Source: Craspedostauros australis (lineage: Eukaryota). From it: DNA of 40,555 nt. The stretch spans positions 124,001 through 164,555 of the forward strand of contig JALAGF010006287.1 of the NCBI GenBank assembly GCA_030167865.1, given 5' to 3'. The notes beneath the pieces were generated by a model, which searched no databases, was not told the DNA's origin, and saw only the letters and a list, made by a program, of their open reading frames with translations. Position numbers and translations under genes: made by a program. Numbering within the stretch: the stretch's first letter is position 1; each line of letters begins with the position of its first letter. Positions 1 to 7,711 of this stretch are shown one piece after another.

Positions 1-24
1 GTCGTCGTCGTCGTCGTCGTCGTC
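1..24. repeat. (GTC)8 microsatellite encoding poly-Asp in the pol linker; truncated by the window start
   Basis: gtcgtcgtcgtcgtcgtcgtcgtc read directly; GAC codons in the pol frame. Confidence 0.95.
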
Positions 25-1803
25 CGATTCTGGTTCGGAGTCGGCTTCGTCGTCTGTGACCTGCGGTGTGATTTGGGGCACCCTCGGAGGTGTGCGCGCC
101 GGCGTCGTGGAGGTGACGCGTTTGTTGTTGGTGCGGCTGCTTGCGGTGGTGAGCACCCTCGGAGGTGGCTCGGTGTGCACCCTCGGAAGTGGCGCTGCGG
201 GTGTCTCGGGGAGCGCCTGCTGGAAGATGTCGCTGAGCTGCTGGAGTGCTCCGAGCTGCTCGTCGCCGATCGACTGGAGTGGTGCGCACGGCTTGGTGAG
301 TGCTGTGGCGAGGTCACCTGCTGCTTTGATGGCCATCTCTGCGTTGGTCGGCGTGGGCATGGCGCACTTGCTTGGCATCAGTTCGATGGTGTCGGTGATT
401 CGGACCTTCCTTGTCTTGTTGCAGTACACCTTGTAGCACCGGTAGTGTTCGAGTGCTGGTGCTACGTACCATCCGGCGGATCCGTGTGGTGCCCATGTGG
501 CTCGTTTGCTGGGCTTGTCATGGATGACTGCCTTTGTCCCTGGTGGTGCCATTGGCGTTGCATTGAAGTCGAAGTTGCCGTGGAGGGCATGATGTGCCGA
601 GATGTGCGGGTTGACTCGCGACGGTCGCATCAGGTTGAGTGTGATGTCGCATTGGGGGAGGAGTTGACACCACAGATGGAGTGGAAATGCCTCGTCGGCC
701 GTGGCTAGTCCTGCGATGAAGTGGTCTTTCCAAGTGGAGATGGCTCTCTCTGCTGCGTTGCGTCGGTGAATGCCTGGCGGCACAAGCTGGTATTGGATAC
801 CTTTGGATTCGATGAGGTGCTTGAGTTCTTTCGGCGCCTCGTTGTCGAGTCGGTGAAATCGCGGTGTCATTCCGCTTCGAAGGAGAACCGTCAAAAGTTC
901 GTCACACGCTCGCGTGAGCTCCGTTGCGTGCCGACTGCGCATCGGTCGCGAAAGAATTGCGTTGGAGTCGTGATCGTACAACACCATGATGTACTGGTAT
1001 CCGCGGCTTGACGTCACAGGGAAGCGCCCAGTTTGATCGGTGAAGATTTTACCCGTTGGCCGATAAACGTCCATGAAGATTTCGCGTTGTTCCGTGGGAT
1101 TCTTGGTGGATTGGGTGACGTGGTTACAGTGCTTGCGCGTGGACTGCGTGTTTTGGTACTGTTGTCGGAGGTGCCCAGCGGCGGTAGCGGTGGAAGGTGG
1201 AAGGAATTTTCGCACCAATTGTTCGGTCAGTCCGGGCCACGACGAAAAGAATCCTTTCTTGATGGCTGCTGTGAACGTGGATACCGCGGGGCTGAAGCAG
1301 CACTGGTGGTAATATTTGGCCAGTTCCATCTTGGTTGACGTGTGATGGACGTGATTGGCCATTTTTGGCGATGTGGGCTTCGGCGGTTGGATGTCGATGC
1401 GATACATGCCGTCAACTTGATGCCGACAACCGGTGTGAATCGTGTTTCCGTTTTTTCGAATTCTCACGGATTCTTGGTCGAAGTCAACCGTCATGCCGTG
1501 GTCACACAGTTGCCCCACAGACACAAGCGCCGCGCTGGAAAGTTGTGGAAAAACTCGTGCGGTGCACGCGTGCTGCGGTACATTGGCAATGCTGACCGTG
1601 GCTCGGTGGGAAGATTGGATGTTGGATCCGTCGGGCAACGACACCGACAACGGGTTATCGTCGGGTGTTTGGCCAGTGCAAGGATCTTCAGGTCGCAGGA
1701 AATGACTAGTGCAACCAGAGTCAACTATGGCGAGGGCAGGAGCACAGGATGGTGAAGTAGTAACAGAGAGTGCTACTTGCTTACTGTGGCCCTGCCGTGC
1801 TTG
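1..1803 (-). CDS. pol: Retrotransposon pol, partial (aspartic protease + DDE integrase + linker), 601 codons open to the window edge, in frame with gag
   Basis: No stop codon from 1803 to 1 in the gag frame. Protease Asp at 1722-1720 (DSG); integrase D at 1038-1036, D at 846-844, E at 750-748. Downstream motifs FPLHLWCQLLPQ, GNFDFNATPMAPPG, WAPHG..GWYVAPALEHYRCY. Absent from the ORF track, presumably because it has no stop inside the window. Confidence 0.95.
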
Positions 1804-1806
1804 TCA
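1735..1806 (-). promoter_or_regulatory. Putative gag-pol stop-codon readthrough signal: UGA-CAA followed by a 3' stem-loop
   Basis: Minus strand reads TGA CAAGCAC GGCAGGGCCACAG...CTGTGCTCCTGCC. Arms 1796-1784 and 1747-1735 pair at 12 of 13 positions including one G.U; inner stem AGTAGCA/TGTTACT closes a CTCTC loop. Confidence 0.7.
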
Positions 1807-2967
1807 TGCGTTTGCCGGGGCGCCTTCGGTGGATCCTCCCATCGTGTTGCTGCGAGTGGCCTCCTTCTTGTGCCCTGGCGCTGGGTTCATGCACGTCGCG
1901 CTGGTGTGCGTGATGCCCACCTTGTACCCGTGTGTCCAGCAGTAGGAGTCGTGCTTGTGCTTGCGTCCTCCCTTCTTGCCTCCAGTGCCGCTGCTCGTGG
2001 CCGCATTGGCTTGCAGCTGGGACACCATTGCCGTGATCTCAGACAATTGCTTGACGAGGTTGGCGTTGCTCTCGGTGAGTTGTGCCACGGTGCTGCGATC
2101 CGCGGCTGTGGCGGATGCGAGGTTGGCGAGCGCGTCTGCGGTTTCCGTGGCGGTGATCGCCGCATTGGCTCCTTGGAAGTTGGCGCCCGCAGCCGTGGCT
2201 TGTGATTCGCGGAGGTCTTGGTGGGCTTCAGCGAAGTCCTTCTTGAAGCGAGTCCATGTCTTGTCGGCGGCACTGAGAGCGCGGAAAGAACGGCATGCTT
2301 CGGGGAACGCTTGTGTTCGGAACACCAGGTTGTACGCCGTGGTGACGAGCTGGTGATCTGCGTACGGCGCTTTGGCAGCAGCCGCAAGATCGCGCGCAGA
2401 CTCGATTTGGGCGACGAGCACTTCGAACGGCGCCGTCGGATCGTATGGTGTCTTCATGGCCTTGTCGTTTTCGTCAAGGTCTTGCGGTGTGATCTTGCCG
2501 TACGTGGAGTACAGGTGGGTCAGCAGCTCGAGTGTCGTGACGTTGGCGTAGCCGACGATGTTGTGGCGGAGAGTTCGCACGTACTGGTCTTCAATGGCGC
2601 CAAGAAGCTGTTGCTTGAGGGCATTGTCGACCGCGCGGTACTCTCTCCAAAGGCGCTCCTGTTCCTTGTGGATGCTGGTGGCGGCGCTGATCTGGGCTGC
2701 AGTGGCTGCGTTCGGGATGTTCGGGTGTGGTCCTGGGTTGACCGGCACGACGAATGCTGTCGCCGAATGTTCTTGGTACACCTCTCGGGAGACGGTGAGG
2801 ACCAGGCATCCGAGCTGACCGTTTCCGAGGGGGCAGTGCACCGAGGCCGCATTGGCGTTGAGGACTACATTGAGTTCTGCGATGGACTCGTATGTGGGTA
2901 CCCCGACGATGGGTTCGACGATTGCCTGCGGAAAGGTGGCGAGGATCTTCTCGTGGCTGTTGGCCAT
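1804..2967 (-). CDS. gag: Retrotransposon Gag protein (387 aa)
   Basis: ORF starts 68 nt after the LTR. Motifs LNANAASV..LG.G.LG.L.L, P.NPG..P, LKQQLL.AIE, W..FK..F and a C-terminal YCWTHG...H.S..C.....GH knuckle typical of diatom copia Gag; pol follows directly. Confidence 0.93.
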   Translation of the reverse strand: MANSHEKILATFPQAIVEPIVGVPTYESIAELNVVLNANAASVHCPLGNGQLGCLVLTVSREVYQEHSATAFVVPVNPGPHPNIPNAATAAQISAATSIHKEQERLWREYRAVDNALKQQLLGAIEDQYVRTLRHNIVGYANVTTLELLTHLYSTYGKITPQDLDENDKAMKTPYDPTAPFEVLVAQIESARDLAAAAKAPYADHQLVTTAYNLVFRTQAFPEACRSFRALSAADKTWTRFKKDFAEAHQDLRESQATAAGANFQGANAAITATETADALANLASATAADRSTVAQLTESNANLVKQLSEITAMVSQLQANAATSSGTGGKKGGRKHKHDSYCWTHGYKVGITHTSATCMNPAPGHKKEATRSNTMGGSTEGAPANA

Positions 2968-3021
2968 GGTGATGATTTTTGGTGATGCTGGTCTTGGTGA
3001 CCGAGATTTTCAAACGTTGGC

Positions 3022-3035
3022 TATTAGCGAACAAC
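3022..3035 (-). promoter_or_regulatory. Primer-binding-site position, non-tRNA type (GTTGTTCGCTAATA), complementary to LTR segment 3067-3080
   Basis: Abuts the LTR 3' end (...TTGACA|GTTGTTCG). Lacks the TGG start of a tRNA 3'-end PBS. Plus-strand 3022-3035 tattagcgaacaac is the exact reverse complement of 3067-3080 gttgttcgctaata. Confidence 0.7.
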
Positions 3036-3233
3036 TGTCAATAAGACGAGTAGTGTGTGAATCAATGTTGTTCGCTAATATTATGAGATATTACATTGTT
3101 GAGCTGAGGAGTTGCGGTCTTGGCTCCTGCTAGTGTCTTGATCTGCTCTGGGAGGAAAGTGGGCGCGAGGTGCGCACTTTGCGTACGGTGGTCAGTCGGG
3201 TCACGTGCGGGACTGGAATCAATATCATCGACA
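3036..3233 (-). repeat. 5' LTR (198 bp) of the copia element
   Basis: Minus strand begins TGTCGATGA and ends TTATTGACA: TG...CA ends with an imperfect terminal inverted repeat (7 of 9 match), located just upstream of gag. The second LTR is outside the window, so the boundaries are inferred. Confidence 0.8.
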
Positions 3234-3283
3234 TCATATCCGCAGACAGATAGAAGAAGGCCGCACAAGTACTCAATGCCATC

Positions 3284-4003
3284 ATGGAACATGTTGAGCA
3301 AGAAAGAAGCATCCTCATCATCGGCGCGAGCGGGCGCTTGGGAAGAGCCGTGATCCTGGCAATTTCACATTGCCCCAACAAGCCGCAAATACATGCATTC
3401 TGCCGCGACGTAGGACTTTTCCAATCCGAAGCAGACGTTTCATCGGCATGCACCAGCGTGCTGGGCGGTGACGGGAGGTCATCAACAGACCTGGACAATG
3501 CGCTCCGAGAGTCCGGTGCTAATCTGGTGATCGTCGCCATTGGCAACGGCAAGGACCGATCGAACGCCAACATACGCCATGCCAACGCTGAAGCATTGTC
3601 ACAGGTGCTCATCGCGAACGAGGAGTTTGGCCATGTGCGCGTGTGCGTGATCTCATGTGCCGGTGCCGGGTCAAGCAGCAGCATCCGCATGGGGATGGGA
3701 GTTGGATCAGTTCTGCGCAGGCGGCACCGAGACCTGCTGGAGGATCACACCAGGCAGGAGCGAACCTTCCTGCTGCACATCAAGCACAGGGTAGGCTTCA
3801 TACGCCCCACGATATTCCTCAAAGACCGAACGCCGACTCATCAGCTCCAGACGTTCGACGACGACGGTCACCCGCAGAGCCTGACGACTTTCCGGTCTGA
3901 CCTGGCCGACTGGATCGCAGAGGCGGTCTGCAGCTCAGACGATCCCTTCCTCTTCCAAGGCCGCTCCATCAACATCACGTGCGTCCGTCGAATACGGCTG
4001 TGA
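3284..4003 (+). CDS. NAD(P)-binding Rossmann-fold protein (atypical SDR; flavin reductase/BLVRB-like), 239 aa
   Basis: N-terminal ILIIGASGRLG nucleotide-binding motif, HAFCRD, VISCAGAGSS, DH..QE, IRPT, and C-terminal RSDLADWI pattern. Confidence 0.85.
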   Translation: MEHVEQERSILIIGASGRLGRAVILAISHCPNKPQIHAFCRDVGLFQSEADVSSACTSVLGGDGRSSTDLDNALRESGANLVIVAIGNGKDRSNANIRHANAEALSQVLIANEEFGHVRVCVISCAGAGSSSSIRMGMGVGSVLRRRHRDLLEDHTRQERTFLLHIKHRVGFIRPTIFLKDRTPTHQLQTFDDDGHPQSLTTFRSDLADWIAEAVCSSDDPFLFQGRSINITCVRRIRL

Positions 4004-4366
4004 TCGTGCGCGGACATACATGCATGCAGGCACTACAATCCCGAAGCTCCCAACGGGCCCAAGTCGGATTTGCATCCATGGGTACCCTACTTCGAGCCAT
4101 GCATCCCACACATACCCCTAATCCATCCGTCCATCCGTCAATCTCTCCATTCATTTTCAACCGAGGGGCCCGCATCAGTTCAATCAACGTCTCCCGTAGA
4201 GGTAGATGCACGACGATAATACAACACAAGACACGCCACGACCGCAAGTGATGCAATGGAAGCATTGGTCTCCGCACAAGAATGCAACTCGAACTCAAGA
4301 TTGCGCGAGATCCGTCGCACTAGTTGTCCACTCTCTCTAGAGTATTGTCCTCTGCTCTCTGCTGCT

Positions 4367-4927
4367 CTACGAATGTGCTCCATTTTGTCGCTGCTGTCGA
4401 TTGATCCGTCTCTGTGCACGGTATTCCTCCCAGACACATTGCTCGAAGACCTCCGAACGCCCAGTATCAATCTCTCCAGGTTCCAACGGCACTACCCTTG
4501 TCCTTTGTGGTTGATCGCGGCCGGCACTGTTATTTCCATGCGCTGCTGAGTCTGGCTCATGCAGAGACGAAGATGGAGCATCGTACACCACGTCAAAGCA
4601 TGCGGATGACACACACTGATGAATACAATTCATCGCTTCTTCTGCGATCTGCCCAGAGCACGTCATCCGTTCGCACTCCTGCTGCAGCCTGCGGATGTGC
4701 TCCTCTTTGCCTTTGGGAGGCTTGTTGTGGCCCTTCCCGTACAGATTCCTACGCCGTTGCTCTTTTCGTTGCCCTTGCTGTTTCTTTTGCTGTTGTTGCT
4801 GTTGGTTCTGCTCCGCCACCACGAACTTGGGCAGCAGGAGGAGGATGACCAGCACGAAGAGGTTTTTTACGAAGACAAGCAGATACTTGTTAGTTGAAGG
4901 TGGGCCGTTTCGATTCCCTTTGATCAT
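4367..4927 (-). CDS. Secreted Cys-rich protein, DUF4787-like (186 aa)
   Basis: Hydrophobic signal-like stretch LLVFVKNLFVLVILLLLPKFVVA; Cys pattern C...C......NCIHQCVSSACF...Y, then PLEPGEID..R...F..C, recalled as characteristic of DUF4787. Confidence 0.75.
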   Translation of the reverse strand: MIKGNRNGPPSTNKYLLVFVKNLFVLVILLLLPKFVVAEQNQQQQQQKKQQGQRKEQRRRNLYGKGHNKPPKGKEEHIRRLQQECERMTCSGQIAEEAMNCIHQCVSSACFDVVYDAPSSSLHEPDSAAHGNNSAGRDQPQRTRVVPLEPGEIDTGRSEVFEQCVWEEYRAQRRINRQQRQNGAHS

Positions 4928-5993
4928 GGTGCCAGTCGGGGGATTTACGACACCGTGGGTATCTGACTTGATGGGATCTTGGAGATGATGAGTTGGTGTA
5001 TTTGGATGGCTAAACGACCGAATGACTGCGGCGTTGTTGATGGGCGATGACGCTTGTCGTTTGGATGGTGCGGGCGAGGAGACCTACGAGCTGCACTTGT
5101 GCCAGCGGTGTCGTTTGTAGCAACTTGTGCCTCGTGCCTTGTGCCCAGGCCATGGTCGTCGCTGTCGCTGTTGTTGCTGTTGCTGTTGTTGCTCTTCCCT
5201 TTGCTTCGTTTCGCGTTCCTGCCAGTTCTTGTGTGTGACGACTCTTGGGAGAGAAAGATGACTTGTACCATGCGTCGACCAATGAGATCAGTTCATTTGA
5301 GTGATTTTGAGAACCCAGGACTAATTTCCCAATACAACGTCTGTCCATTGCCCCTATTCATAAGTTTCCACAACCTGGCCAAGACCACAAGTCTGCACTT
5401 TCCAGAACGCTCCATACATATGTACATATGCACATACATATTGTGTAATACAACTTGTCTGGCTGTGCTTCAAGACTGCGACTGCAGGAATCAAGCGACA
5501 GCATAGCTTGTGGATACACTTGAGAGGTTAGGAGTTGATAGGAGTGATATCTCTCTTAATGACAATCATTGTCAACATGACATTGACGGAGACGACGACA
5601 CTGGTGTGGAAATACCAATACATCTGTACGAGCTACAGTAGTATCTTCAGCAGAGTCTATGCAGTGCCTTGCATCAATGGGATGGACAACATATTCCGCC
5701 AGACAACATGTCAGAGTGCGGGTACACTTGAAAGCTGAAGTGGATCGGAATGCTCGACCAATACGCGTAGTTGTTCAGCTCAAAGGATCAAACGCAGCCA
5801 GCGATCGCAGCCTGGTGAATGATGAATGTGCCAAATGGGCACTACTCTCTGGAGTACGAGTATGCTATATTTTATTGTACACAGATGAAAATTGGGATGG
5901 GCAGATGGGGGCAAAAGCACTGGCTGCATTGGGATTGGCATACCCACGATGGTGTGGCGTAGAACGTGGTTCACTCAGAAAGAAGATCCCAAT

Positions 5994-7711
5994 TCATACC
6001 CGACGTTGTCTTTTGGAGGCACGGGTTTTACACAGCTCCTCATCTGAAGTTGGGTGCGTCAGAATGCCGACTGCTCGCATCGGATCAGCGTGCGGGATGC
6101 TCGCCACAGACCCTTCCACACCGATCGCGCTTGCATGCGAAGATTCGCGAGGTTGCGACGAAGTTGATGCTTCAGCCATCGAAATGGAGACCATCGGGAT
6201 CATGGCATTACATCGTCGCTTCTTTGGTGTTGGAGCAGTGAAAGCTTTCACAGCTTCCTTCAGCGTCTTGTCAGACTTGAGCTGATGAAGCACAGACATG
6301 TTGGCCTGCTCGAAGAGCTCGCTCAGGGCTTCGTCTGAGGCTGGGGTGTTGAGAACACGGAGGAAGCAATTGAGGGGTGTTTGCAGAGAGCCAGAAAGAA
6401 GGAAATGCAATGCATGGAGCGGATGAGTATCAGCAGGCTGGTTGGCAGGTTGGTTGATTGATTGAACGAATCGAATCGCACTTGAGGTATCATACTCGTA
6501 TTGGCGCTATCGTACTGAAGCAAAGCCAATGGAAATGAAATGATCATGAAACTCCACAGCCATTCCCAAACATCAGCTTGCCAAATTAGACAGAGATCAT
6601 CATCAAGTATCAGAACTCACCACCTTGCTCAAGACCCTTGTGCACCTCCTCCATGCTACTCGCAACGGCGGCATTCTTCATCATCAGCACATCGATGCTG
6701 TTGTCAAGCTGCTCCGATTCGATTTGGCGTCTCAGTTTCTTCGACTTGGTGCTCGAGCTGTACTTATCACCAAGCAGATCACGAATGCTGCAGGAATGCA
6801 AGGTCAAGCGATGTTTTAGATGTTGGGCGGAACGCACGGTAGCCGAATAAGAGCAACGCGTACCATGTGCACATAGTGGCGCAGCAATGACGTGATTCAA
6901 TGTCACGGAGTCGCGATTGCCGCCCAATCAATTGCAGCGTTGAAGAAAAAGCACAAAATGAAGGTGAAGTTGGGTCAGTTTCAAGTGCATACTGAGACAT
7001 GCTGACCATCTGACAATGCGGGCATGCATGCATGCATGACAATCGCAATCGAGGTTGCATTCACTGTCACCGCGAATATTCGTATTGTCGACGGAACATC
7101 GCTCCAATGGAGACCGACCGAATCATCTGCTCGTCTCCTGGCACCGGTCGAGCATCCCTCAAGATAGATCCTCAACCTCTGCGAATATTCGAACGCTGAA
7201 CGCGACAGTCGCAGACGCCGTCGTTCAATATTGCAACACCGAACCAGTGGGCGACGCAACTTGGCATCGCTTCACCTCCGACGTACCATTGTCCGATCTT
7301 CTCTCGTGCCATGGTGTCATTCACGACAAGCCAACCTGCTCCGTTCTCCAACTTGCGAATGAAACCACCGTTCGGGCTGTTGAAACGGATTTCCTCGATG
7401 ATATTGGTGACGATGCGAGACTTGTCGGCTTTGGATTTGGCGTTCTTGTACTCCGGCACGCAATCTGAGACCAGCTTTCTGAAGTAGACGTTGCCAGGAT
7501 GGTTCTTGACGTTCTTGCCTCTTCCGCAGATGACATCCCGCTCCGTTGGAACGAGGTCATTTGGCAGGATGTCGCTACATTTCGGTCTGGCCATAGCGCC
7601 AAGGGTGAGGTTCGGGAAGCGTGGCGACTGGGCAAGGCTGCTGGCCACGATTCTATCGGCGACGTGCTGGCTTCTGTTGCCATCCGCTTCTTGGTCGATG
7701 CTATTGTTCAT
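5994..7711 (-). CDS. DUF6824-like domain protein, 3 exons (7711-7287, 6787-6621, 6340-5994), about 312 aa; alternative upstream ATG at 7765
   Basis: Motifs DVICGRGK..NHPGN..FR, GGFIRK....W......AREKIGQ|CIRD....YSSSTKSK. GT-AG junctions give an open 939-nt frame. Exon structure is mirrored by the paralogue at 20811. Confidence 0.85.

Larger units (their letters stand above)
1..3233 (-). mobile_element. Ty1/copia LTR retrotransposon (diatom CoDi-like), 5' portion: LTR, gag, protease, integrase; RT/RNase H and 3' LTR lie beyond the left window edge
   Basis: Manual translation of the minus strand gives gag (2967-1804), then in frame the protease motif AIVDSGCTSHF and integrase motifs IFTDQTGRFP, RLDNE and HRRNAAERAI. 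Integrase directly follows protease, the copia domain order. A TG...CA-bounded LTR candidate lies upstream. Confidence 0.96.

Noticed and set aside
1735..1806. Selenocysteine insertion at the gag UGA
   Set aside because: The hairpin shows no AUGA/GA quartet of a eukaryotic SECIS and there is no redox motif around the codon; generic readthrough is simpler.
56..2985. Many plus-strand ORFs over the retrotransposon (e.g. 73-708, 2218-2985)
   Set aside because: Antisense shadows of the GC-rich gag/pol frame with no recognisable motifs.
4945..5506. Short ORFs around a (GCTGTT)-type repeat
   Set aside because: Low-complexity sequence with no protein motifs.
7022..7038. Self-complementary (GCAT)n run in the long first intron of the DUF6824-like gene
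   Set aside because: Simple tetranucleotide microsatellite; no terminal inverted repeats or target duplication to indicate an inserted element.
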